64,000 bases of DNA. It comes from Lachnospiraceae bacterium. Its GTDB lineage: Bacteria; Bacillota; Clostridia; Lachnospirales; Lachnospiraceae. The position numbers were made by a program, and so were the translations under genes. The notes beneath the pieces were generated by a model, which saw nothing but the letters and a program-made list of their open reading frames with translations, searched no databases and was not told the DNA's origin. This document shows positions 56,070-64,000 of the stretch, piece by piece. Each line of letters starts with the position of its first letter. Position 1 is the first letter of the stretch. The stretch is from contig JAFZQN010000080.1 of NCBI GenBank assembly GCA_017620375.1, positions 8,130 to 72,129 of the forward strand. The letters are read 5' to 3'.

Positions 56070-57062
56070 TTAGTGATCCCTCATATTAAGGAAGAGCAGC
56101 TGCATAGCCGTATCAAAATTGACATTGGCATTTAAACGGTCCTGCAGGGTATAGAACGCGTCAAGTATCCTGCCCAAAGATTCGAAGCCGTACCTTGATG
56201 CCTGGCGTTTTATGGTCATGAGCTCATCTAAAAAGACCAGACGGTTTGCATCCTGAGTAGCCTTAAACATAAGGATATCCCTGAACCAGAGATGCATAAG
56301 ATCTATGTAGGTGTTGATATCCGTCTTTTTTGTTGAAAGATCGGCTACTGCATCCGTTATCGCATCTATGGTGATGGAATCGATAGAACGCATCAGATCG
56401 AGTACTTCGTTCTTTATCTGCTCAAATTCACTGTTTTTGGTAAACTTTAATGCCTGCCCAAGACTTCCGCCGGAAAATGATGCACAGAGTTTGGCAAAAT
56501 AATCAGGAAGCTTCTCATGCGTCATCAGATAATCGGTGATCAGTTTACTAGGCAGGGGTTTAAACTGCAGGGTGATACATCTCGAAAGAATGGTCTGCAG
56601 GAAAGCACCCGTATTGGTGGTGATAAGTATTATGACGGCATAAGCCGGAGGTTCTTCGAGGGTCTTAAGCAGTGCATTCTGTGCCTGCTCGGTCATACGC
56701 TCAGCCTCATCCATTATATATACCTTGAAGGGAGCGCTGAAGGGTTTGATAGCTATATCGTCTATCAGGGTATTTCTTATATCGTCGACACCTATGCGTG
56801 ATTTCTCGTGAGTAATGTAAATGATATCGGGATGGTTGTGTGATGCAGCCTGCATACACGCCATGCACATACCGCACGGTTTTGCGACATCATCCGCTCC
56901 CTGACAGCAAAGAGCTGCAGCAAAAGCCTCGGCCACGGTCTTGCGTCCGCTGCCGGTCTCGCCGTTAAAGATATAGGCATGCGACGGCTTACCTGAAGCT
57001 ATCGCAGCTTTCAGGTGCTGTTTTATGCTTTCATGTCCTAAGATATCATTAAACCCCAACAT
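56070..57062 (-). CDS. holB: DNA polymerase III subunit delta-prime
   Basis: 330 aa with 'HAYIFNGETGSGRKT' and 'CGMCMACMQ'. Conserved yaaR-holB-yaaT synteny. Confidence 0.85.
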   Translation of the reverse strand: MLGFNDILGHESIKQHLKAAIASGKPSHAYIFNGETGSGRKTVAEAFAAALCCQGADDVAKPCGMCMACMQAASHNHPDIIYITHEKSRIGVDDIRNTLIDDIAIKPFSAPFKVYIMDEAERMTEQAQNALLKTLEEPPAYAVIILITTNTGAFLQTILSRCITLQFKPLPSKLITDYLMTHEKLPDYFAKLCASFSGGSLGQALKFTKNSEFEQIKNEVLDLMRSIDSITIDAITDAVADLSTKKTDINTYIDLMHLWFRDILMFKATQDANRLVFLDELMTIKRQASRYGFESLGRILDAFYTLQDRLNANVNFDTAMQLLFLNMRDH

Positions 57063-57107
57063 AGTATCATCCCTCCCCCAAATTAGGTATGAATTCCGTT
57101 AAGTCAG

Positions 57108-57548
57108 TTAAGTCAGTATATCTAACAGAAGGCCTCTGATCTCATCTATACTGTTCATGATCATGAGAGCATCCTGTTCGTCTTTTATAAGTTCTTCTGC
57201 CAAGGCGTCGAGTTTTTCGTCCACAAGCCGTATCATGCCGTATACTCTGTGGCGTCCTCGGCGGTCTAAGAAGTTTTCTCTTGAAAACTTATGTGAACGG
57301 TTTACGATCTCGTTCATGAAGTCCTTGATAAGGCTTCTGTACTTACGCATGTCCGTGATATCACGGCGTTTTTTTATCTTTTCGCCCTGTCCGGTGATCT
57401 CATCAAGCAGACCTGACAGCTTTTCCGCAAGAGCAGCTTCTCCGATGCTGCTTATAAGAGTAAACTTAAAATTCCCGTCAGTCTGTGCAGGTGCTTTTAC
57501 CTGGTCCGGCTGCTGTATCTGCTGTATCTGGTTTATTTTTAAGTCCAT
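57108..57548 (-). CDS. YaaR (DUF327)-family protein
   Basis: 146 aa, in the synteny position upstream of holB. Confidence 0.6.
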   Translation of the reverse strand: MDLKINQIQQIQQPDQVKAPAQTDGNFKFTLISSIGEAALAEKLSGLLDEITGQGEKIKKRRDITDMRKYRSLIKDFMNEIVNRSHKFSRENFLDRRGRHRVYGMIRLVDEKLDALAEELIKDEQDALMIMNSIDEIRGLLLDILT

Positions 57549-57572
57549 AACCTGTCACCTGCCTCCTTTGTT

Positions 57573-59213
57573 TTATAGATCGTTTATTATTTCGTTTGTG
57601 GTTTCCTCGAGGTCTACATTCAGGTAGCGTTTATTTATCCCGAGTTCTTCTAGCTTGTCGTCGGAAAAATCTTCTTCATCCGCAAGGAATCTTCTGCAAA
57701 GCTCCGCATATTTCGGTGAATGCTGCTTTCTTTCGCGTTCGACGGCGCGGGAAAGGCGCAGACCTGTCTCTACTTCTATATATATCGGCAAAACTCTGTC
57801 TTTTCCAAAGTATTTTTGGAGATTCTTATAACCTTCGGGAGTCATGATGAGAAGATAATCGTTTTCATAAAGGTCGATCTGACCGTCATCCGCGGTAAAA
57901 TAATACCAGTCGCCATGTATGGTGTGATAGCATCTGTATTCTATGACCTTGTCCTCGTCCCGCATCTTCTCAAATCCGGGTACGGTTACAAAATGATACT
58001 CCACGCCGTCGGTTTCACCATCCCTTATCGGGCGGGTGGTGTAGGAGACTATGGTCTTAAACCTGTCACCGGTCTTTTCAAGGATTTTCTTATATATAGT
58101 ATCCTTACCCGAGGAACTTTTCCCCATTATGCAATATATTTTCCCTTTTATTAACTCTTTAAGTGCTTTTATGAGCACATTGGCTGCTTTTTCGTGCTCC
58201 GATTCTAACGGATGGTAATTGGCTCCGTAGCCTGCTTTCGGATCCTGCTCCGGAAGATGGACGGTAGTAATGCGGCAGTCCCCGGTACTTTCCGAGTAGG
58301 TTTTTACCGCATCGCATATGGTGGGGTAGAGTCTGTCGCCCATCAGACCGAAAGCGCAGACGATATATGCTTTTTCATTGTACTTTCTTACAGTCTTAAG
58401 GAACTTTATATATTCCGAAGCGTACCAGGCCTGTTTTTCCTTATCGTCCTGGCAGTAGCTGTCATCATTGGTGCCTAAGTTAAGCACTACGATGTCGGGT
58501 ACATATTTTGTAAAGTCCCATTTGATATCCTGGGACTTGGGTATCCCCTCCAGTTTATCATAGCTAAGTCCCATGGATTCATAAAAATCAGGGATGAGCT
58601 GGTCAGCATGTCTTTCCGCCGGATCGGGGGTATATCCCGAGATGATACCGTATCCGCTGATGGAGAACATGCTGTGGTCCGCGTCTAGAGCTTTGGCAGT
58701 CTTGTATGCAAAGGCTCTTGTTACATTCTCCGTACCTGTCTTAAAGTCATGTAAAGGATCCGGATCTTCTACACCGTAACCGCAGGTGATGGAGTCGCCG
58801 ATAAACTCGATCTTTAAAGACTTATCGGGGGTGGGCTTTACGGTATCACCTTCCGATACCTCCAAAGGTTTGATACCTACCAGTGACATGGCGCATTCGG
58901 AAAGCTTAAGTACGCGTATGACAGAACTTTCTCTACCCGGCAGGATAGCATCTCCCATATGAACGGTAAGCTCTTGTTGGTTAAGCAGGAAATCCTTAAT
59001 TATCATCCCATCCACGTATATGGCGATACGGGCATAGTTGACATCATTGTTTTCTGATGCTGCTGCCTCTCCGCCTATGAACGTGATATCAAAGGCCTTT
59101 CCCGTATATTCAAACTCTATGCCTGAGCCCGAAAGTGACAGGAGCAGGGTATCATCAAAAAGCATCGATCTTCCGATCAGTTTAACATTTTTATCTGTCA
59201 GTTCTATCCTCAT
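57573..59213 (-). CDS. Fusion protein: CE2-like N-terminal domain + SGNH/GDSL esterase + C-terminal guanylate-kinase-like domain
   Basis: 'EFIGDSITCGYG' (SGNH block I), then 'IMGKSSSGKDTIY...VSYTTRPIRDGETDGVEYHFV' (Gmk-like). Start uncertain: ATG at 59213 or the track start at 59240. Confidence 0.6.
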   Translation of the reverse strand: MRIELTDKNVKLIGRSMLFDDTLLLSLSGSGIEFEYTGKAFDITFIGGEAAASENNDVNYARIAIYVDGMIIKDFLLNQQELTVHMGDAILPGRESSVIRVLKLSECAMSLVGIKPLEVSEGDTVKPTPDKSLKIEFIGDSITCGYGVEDPDPLHDFKTGTENVTRAFAYKTAKALDADHSMFSISGYGIISGYTPDPAERHADQLIPDFYESMGLSYDKLEGIPKSQDIKWDFTKYVPDIVVLNLGTNDDSYCQDDKEKQAWYASEYIKFLKTVRKYNEKAYIVCAFGLMGDRLYPTICDAVKTYSESTGDCRITTVHLPEQDPKAGYGANYHPLESEHEKAANVLIKALKELIKGKIYCIMGKSSSGKDTIYKKILEKTGDRFKTIVSYTTRPIRDGETDGVEYHFVTVPGFEKMRDEDKVIEYRCYHTIHGDWYYFTADDGQIDLYENDYLLIMTPEGYKNLQKYFGKDRVLPIYIEVETGLRLSRAVERERKQHSPKYAELCRRFLADEEDFSDDKLEELGINKRYLNVDLEETTNEIINDL

Positions 59214-59400
59214 AATCCACCGCCGCATAATTACAAACATTCTTCTGATTATATCTTATCATAAAAGGGGTGGTATTACAACAAAATTAAAAACTTACCG
59301 ATGTGCGTAAAAAGTAGTTGATTGAAAGACAAAAAAATGATATTTTTAAAAAAGTTAAAGATTTTTCTGAAGGAATAGATCGGTCACAGGAGATACAGGT

Positions 59401-60666
59401 ATGTCAGACGTTTTTATCAGTCACAGCTCGAAAGACAAGGAAATAGCCGACAAAGTTGTACAGTACTTTGAGGACAAAGGACTAAGCTGCTGGATATCAT
59501 CAAGGGATATAGTCCCCGGTGCTGAATGGGCAGCCGCCATAAGTACTGCGATCACAGCTTCAAAGGTTTTTTTGCTCATATATACGGAAAACAGTGCGGC
59601 CTCCGAGCAGGTAGTCAGGGAAGTCAGTCTTGCGGAGCACAAAAAAGGTGTTTATGTAGTGCCGTATAAGACCGATGAGACACCGCTCAAGGGTTCGTTT
59701 GAATACTACCTTTCGGCTTCCCATTTCATATATGCCGATTATTCACAAAATGAATATAAGCTTGAAGAACTGTATGATTTCGTAGCGGGCATAGTCGGAA
59801 AGAATATCAGGAATATAACAAACAATACATATATAGATAATGTCGAAAACCTGAACATTAAAGCTTCAGGGAATCTGTCGGAAGGGGTATCTAAAAAACT
59901 ACCGTTGTACATAGGTGTGGTAGCGGCCATAGTAGCGGTTATAGTGATACTTATCCTGTTGTTAAACCACGGAAATGAAGATGAGCCTAAGGGTGATAAA
60001 CTCACCCAGACCCCGCCGGCTACAGAAGCGGTTACACCCACCACGGATGTAAGCGAGCCTACAGCTACACCGGATCCTACCGTATCCCCCGAACCCTCTT
60101 CCTCTGACAAAAAGCCGGTATCATATGAAGGCAGTGAAACTCAGGTCGCTTTAATGACTTATATCAATACCTACGGCAACCATTTTGAAAATGATAAGGG
60201 AGAATATTATTCGATAAAGCATTCGTACGGGCCCGTGACAATCACCAGGAACGGGGAAGAAAGGACCATAGAAAACTCGAGGATATACCTTACTTCAAGA
60301 TATGAGACTTCGGCAGAACCGGATACGCCGCTGGAGCTCGGGGTATATAACGGAGACCTTCTTCTAAACGTATGGCTGTACTATAATATCAAAACCAAAG
60401 GTTATGAGCTGGATGCATACGAGGATGAAGAAAAAGGCAGAAGTAAAGGTGTTATAAAGGTTAAACTTAACGATAGCTTTACCGGAAAGATCGCGGAAGA
60501 AGATATTTATGAATATAATGGATCCGGTTGGTTCGAAAAGGATGAGTTTATCGCTAACGTGGAGGATCTTTTAACGGTACTTCTTAAAGGTCTGGAAACC
60601 GATTTAGAGGACATGGATAATGAGGTATCGTTAGATACTCTCGGACTCGGCAATATAATAAAATGA
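59401..60666 (+). CDS. TIR-domain protein: N-terminal TIR, single TM, Pro/Thr-rich linker, unknown outer domain
   Basis: 421 aa with 'DVFISHSSKDKEIADKV...SCWISSRDIVPGAEW...SAASEQVVREVSLAE', TM 'LPLYIGVVAAIVAVIVILILLL' and linker 'TQTPPATEAVTPTTDVSEPTATPDPTVSPEP'. Confidence 0.8.
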   Translation: MSDVFISHSSKDKEIADKVVQYFEDKGLSCWISSRDIVPGAEWAAAISTAITASKVFLLIYTENSAASEQVVREVSLAEHKKGVYVVPYKTDETPLKGSFEYYLSASHFIYADYSQNEYKLEELYDFVAGIVGKNIRNITNNTYIDNVENLNIKASGNLSEGVSKKLPLYIGVVAAIVAVIVILILLLNHGNEDEPKGDKLTQTPPATEAVTPTTDVSEPTATPDPTVSPEPSSSDKKPVSYEGSETQVALMTYINTYGNHFENDKGEYYSIKHSYGPVTITRNGEERTIENSRIYLTSRYETSAEPDTPLELGVYNGDLLLNVWLYYNIKTKGYELDAYEDEEKGRSKGVIKVKLNDSFTGKIAEEDIYEYNGSGWFEKDEFIANVEDLLTVLLKGLETDLEDMDNEVSLDTLGLGNIIK

Positions 60667-60676
60667 CGCAGAAACG

Positions 60677-60706
60677 GCCCTTCCCGTAGTGGGGAGGGCT
60701 TTTCCT
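60677..60706 (+). terminator. Rho-independent terminator between the two TIR genes
   Basis: gcccttccc-gtagt-ggggagggc followed by TTTTC. Confidence 0.6.
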
Positions 60707-60720
60707 GTTCGAGAAAAAAA

Positions 60721-60749
60721 TTGACGAAAAATCGTTATGATGTTAAAAT
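60721..60749 (+). promoter_or_regulatory. Promoter candidate for the second TIR gene
   Basis: TTGACG, 17-nt spacer, TAAAAT. Confidence 0.5.
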
Positions 60750-60788
60750 AAAAAGTTGATGGAAAATCGTTTCACAGGAGACAGGAAA

Positions 60789-62687
60789 ATGGCAGACGTT
60801 TTTATCAGCCACAGTTCTAAGGATAAGGAGATAGCTGAAAAAGTACTTAACTACTTTGAGGAAAGAGGCCTTAGCTGTTGGATAGCTCCGAGGGATATAG
60901 TACCCGGGACGGAGTGGGCAGCGGCCATAAATGCAGCTATTACCGCGTCAAAAGTATTTTTGATCATATATACTGCAAACAGTGCAGGATCAAGCCAGGT
61001 TTCAAGGGAGATCAGTCTCGCCGAAACAAAACCCGGTGTTTTTGTCGTGCCTTATAAGACGGATGATACACCTCTTGTTGGTTCTTTTGAGTATTATCTG
61101 GTAGGATCCCATTTTATCTCGGCTGATTATGCGAAAAAAGATTATAAACTGGAAGAACTGTATACCCATGTGACCGATATAGTGGGAGGCGCCGAGCCGC
61201 AGCCTGAATGGAATCCTCCTGTTAAAGAAGAGATGCCGGTTAAGGTATCGGAACCTATTATTACTACAGTAGAGACCGGTGACGGATCGAAACAGAACCC
61301 GGAATATGACAGGACCAAGCTTCCACTGATAATAGGTATAGCAGCTGCCGCAGTCGTAGTGATCGTGATAGTCCTTATCATCGTGCTGGGACCTCGGAGT
61401 GAGGATGAAGACGGATCCGAAGGTAATCTGACCGCGGAAAATCCCACATCTGTTGAAACTGAACCGACCGGCACAGATATAGTTACACCGACCATAACTC
61501 CGGACGAACAGACACCTACACCGGTTGAAATAACACCTACGCCGGATGATCCCACTCCCACAGACATCCCGACAGAGGTGCCCTTAGAACAGAAAGAGAT
61601 AAAAGACCTTAATATACAGTTTTTGTCCCATGACTGTACCGGTGATTACAAAGGATATGTTAACGGATCGGGAGAGCCTGAAGGAGAAGGAACTTTTATC
61701 GGTTCGTTTTATGTGGATTATTCGGAAGTCCGTATGACTTATGTCGGTCTGTTTGAAAACGGTATCGCAAACGGCAAAGGTGTATCGACAGAGACTTTTG
61801 TGGACGGATATGTAAGAGAATACGAGGGTGATTTTGTTAACGGTGTATTTGAAGGAGAAGGCACTGAGAGAAGTACTTCGGTAGCCGGTGACAGGATCGA
61901 ATATATAGGTGAGTTTAAGGACGGAAAATATAACGGTAAAGGTATTAAGACCTGTAACAATAAAACGGATAATATTGTAAAACAGGTATATGACGGAACC
62001 TGGGAAGACGGAGTGTTCAAGGGAGAGAACAATACTTATACCCTCACATACTGGGACGGAAAAACGGAAATAACAGAAGGAAAGTTCGACGGAGATCTGA
62101 TCTCGGGGACTAAGACCGTATATGATGCAGACGGGAATATGATCCTGCACGAAAACTTCAAAGAGAAGAACGCCAAGGAAGTATTGTATGAATACTTAAA
62201 AGAACATGGAACCTATTATCCGGACGAAGCCTGTTATTATATAGAAAACACGTATTATGAGTTGTCCTCAAAGATACTTGATACGGAAGTAACAGTATAT
62301 GATACTAAGGTCCGGCTCAATGTTTCCTCGTCTGAAGGCAGTAAATATCCTTTAAAGTTTTATATATTTAATGATCAGCTTAATATGAAGATCCTGATAT
62401 ATTATGACAACACCGAGGAAGAGTATTATATTGAGGCTTCGGAACGGGGATATGACGGAACATATAATGTTGTCATAATGGGATCATTAAAAGACTACCT
62501 CAACGGACCGGTTGATGTCCTGTTTAATATCCCCTCTGAGCGATACAGCAGGGATGAGGTTGCGGAATATACAGGTCTTATGGTTGATCTATTGTATTGG
62601 AAGCTCACAGAGATGTTAGAAGTGATGGACAATGATGTGACACTTGGAACATTGGGACTTGGTTACTGGGAAGATTTCCAAGATTAA
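60789..62687 (+). CDS. TIR-domain protein paralog: TIR, single TM, Pro/Thr-rich linker, MORN-like repeats, then the C-terminal domain shared with the first paralog
   Basis: 'DVFISHSSKDKEIAEKV...SCWIAPRDIVPGTEW...SAGSSQVSREISLAE'. MORN-like 'YVGLFENGIANGKG...YEGDFVNGVFEGEG...YIGEFKDGKYNGKG'. I take the ATG at 60789, with the same 'cacaggaga.acagg' leader as the first paralog. Confidence 0.8.
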   Translation: MADVFISHSSKDKEIAEKVLNYFEERGLSCWIAPRDIVPGTEWAAAINAAITASKVFLIIYTANSAGSSQVSREISLAETKPGVFVVPYKTDDTPLVGSFEYYLVGSHFISADYAKKDYKLEELYTHVTDIVGGAEPQPEWNPPVKEEMPVKVSEPIITTVETGDGSKQNPEYDRTKLPLIIGIAAAAVVVIVIVLIIVLGPRSEDEDGSEGNLTAENPTSVETEPTGTDIVTPTITPDEQTPTPVEITPTPDDPTPTDIPTEVPLEQKEIKDLNIQFLSHDCTGDYKGYVNGSGEPEGEGTFIGSFYVDYSEVRMTYVGLFENGIANGKGVSTETFVDGYVREYEGDFVNGVFEGEGTERSTSVAGDRIEYIGEFKDGKYNGKGIKTCNNKTDNIVKQVYDGTWEDGVFKGENNTYTLTYWDGKTEITEGKFDGDLISGTKTVYDADGNMILHENFKEKNAKEVLYEYLKEHGTYYPDEACYYIENTYYELSSKILDTEVTVYDTKVRLNVSSSEGSKYPLKFYIFNDQLNMKILIYYDNTEEEYYIEASERGYDGTYNVVIMGSLKDYLNGPVDVLFNIPSERYSRDEVAEYTGLMVDLLYWKLTEMLEVMDNDVTLGTLGLGYWEDFQD

Positions 62688-62704
62688 TAGGGAAGCGGGA
62701 GATT

Positions 62705-64000
62705 ATGAATAAAAAACGCGTAATACAGATAATAGTATCGATAGTGGCATTTTATCTTATACTTATGCTGCTGCTTTTTGCAGTGGAGTCGATCCCGAAG
62801 GATAATCCCAGCAGCATAGACAGTCTTGGGGACGCTGCATGGTATGTGCTTGCCACACTTACGACCGTCGGCTACGGAGATGTTACGCCCGTATCCTTCC
62901 CGGGTAAGGTGATCGGTGCGATCATGATGATATCCAGTGCAGGAGTACTTACATTCCTGCTCGGTCTGGTATTTACCGTACTTTTCGGAAGGCTGCTCCC
63001 GACATTTACTCTGTGGAGATATCGGAAAAAGGACTGGTATGTATTCTCATCGGTCGATGAGAGGAGTCAGCTTTTGGCAGAAGGGCTCTCTAAGGATGAT
63101 CCGAATGCCGCGTACATATTCTGCGGGAGCGAAGAGAACCTTTCCCAGGAGCATTATCCTGCCATGAAATACCATGTGATAACCGATACTCCCATGGAAG
63201 TGGTGATTAAAAAACAGGATCCTGCCGGAAAATGCTTTCTTTTCTTAGTAACGGAAAACAAGTGGGAAAACTATAATATAGGAAACAGTCTTCTTAACAA
63301 GATGAACAGGGAGAACCTCAAGGTCTACTGCGAAGCGGATCATACACCTGATCGTATGTCACATGCGCTTACTGTATTTAATAAGCCGGACTGTATCGCC
63401 AGAAAATACTGGAACGACAATCCTTTAAATATGGGTGAATCCGGTATAATCCTGATAGGTGACGGCAAGATTGCTCAAAAGCTCCTTGAAAGAGGCCTGC
63501 TCATAAATGTATTTCCTCCCGAGCAGACAATAGAATACCATGTATTCGGTGACTGGGATAATTTCAGGCATGATCACTACGAGCTGGAAAATATCGTAGG
63601 CATAAACGGACTTCTTCCGGATGATGACGGGATATTCTTTGAGAGTAAACCGTGGAATGCATCGGCTGAGCTTCTAAGAAGCGCATCACGTATCATAATA
63701 TGTGCGGATGACGAGGATAAAAATATATCGGTAGTGGAAGAACTTAAGGCGTTTTTCCCGACGAAGGCACGTATAGATGTATATACCGATGGGACGGATG
63801 AGTCCTTCAGGAGCTTTGGCGGGGATACGGGCATATTTACGAGAGAGATCGTTATGCATGAAAAGCTTAACCGTGTGGCGAGGATGCTTAACGAGATATA
63901 CCGTACAAAAACAGGGAGCGGACCTGCTTGGAACGAGCTTTCCGAGTTTAAGAGACAGTCCAATATAGCTGCTGCGGACCATATGCTGACAAAGATCAGG
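62705..64000 (+). CDS. K+ channel (TVGYGD filter) fused to a Rossmann-like (RCK/TrkA-N-like) region and a C-terminal RyR-like region; 3' end beyond the window
   Basis: Not in the ORF track (edge-truncated). My translation from the ATG at 62705 gives MNKKRVIQIIVSIVAFYLILMLLLFAVE...AAWYVLATLTTVGYGDVTP...IILIGDGKIAQKLLERG...WNELSEFKRQSNIAAADHMLTKIR, open for all 432 codons. Confidence 0.75.
   Translation, partial: MNKKRVIQIIVSIVAFYLILMLLLFAVESIPKDNPSSIDSLGDAAWYVLATLTTVGYGDVTPVSFPGKVIGAIMMISSAGVLTFLLGLVFTVLFGRLLPTFTLWRYRKKDWYVFSSVDERSQLLAEGLSKDDPNAAYIFCGSEENLSQEHYPAMKYHVITDTPMEVVIKKQDPAGKCFLFLVTENKWENYNIGNSLLNKMNRENLKVYCEADHTPDRMSHALTVFNKPDCIARKYWNDNPLNMGESGIILIGDGKIAQKLLERGLLINVFPPEQTIEYHVFGDWDNFRHDHYELENIVGINGLLPDDDGIFFESKPWNASAELLRSASRIIICADDEDKNISVVEELKAFFPTKARIDVYTDGTDESFRSFGGDTGIFTREIVMHEKLNRVARMLNEIYRTKTGSGPAWNELSEFKRQSNIAAADHMLTKIR

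Noticed and set aside
61142-62150. Minus-strand ORFs of 141, 188 and 97 aa
   Set aside because: They are antisense to the TIR2 gene, including its Pro/Thr linker, which gives Gly/Ser/Val-rich shadow frames. No independent support.
1-64000. CRISPR arrays, tRNA/rRNA genes, transposases, integrases or prophage genes
   Set aside because: I looked for regularly spaced direct repeats, cloverleaf-like GC-rich segments and DDE/tyrosine-recombinase-like ORFs on both strands and recognised none. The only repeats are the hairpin elements and the 30-bp intragenic repeat reported above.

Overview
This 64-kb window looks like a low-GC Firmicutes chromosome, probably Clostridia or Lachnospiraceae-like; that is inferred only from gene content and synteny.

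Left flank (1-13.0 kb): a partial ABC exporter, an EamA transporter, guanine deaminase, and a minus-strand purine operon in the order purE-purM-purN-purB-(small DAK2-like ORF)-purD-purL.

Centre (about 13.3-51.8 kb): visibly more AT-rich by eye, and apparently an accessory island. A roughly 19-kb Wzx/Wzy-type exopolysaccharide operon (18.3-37.4 kb) runs without a break into a complete paeninodin-type lasso-peptide module: nucleotidyltransferase, B2 protease, Asn-synthetase-like cyclase, HPr-kinase-like kinase, two tandem precursors, PqqD/B1 and an ABC exporter. Two further minus-strand modules bracket this block. They carry only cyclase, kinase and precursor genes (13.4-18.1 kb and 46.3-49.5 kb).

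In total I count 5 precursor-like peptides with one shared leader motif, 3 cyclases and 4 kinases, but only one B1/B2/nucleotidyltransferase/exporter set. The predicted cores are unusually long (43-54 aa). This is the most unusual system in the window.

Right flank: a coiled-coil protein, a two-component system, and the yaaT-holB-yaaR housekeeping block preceded by an SGNH-esterase/guanylate-kinase fusion. Two tandem TIR-transmembrane paralogs follow. The second appears co-transcribed with a K+ channel carrying a C-terminal RyR-like region, which is cut by the window edge.

Two families of GC-rich, hairpin-dense intergenic repeats occur in the housekeeping flanks. I recognised no rRNA, tRNA, CRISPR array, transposase or integrase.
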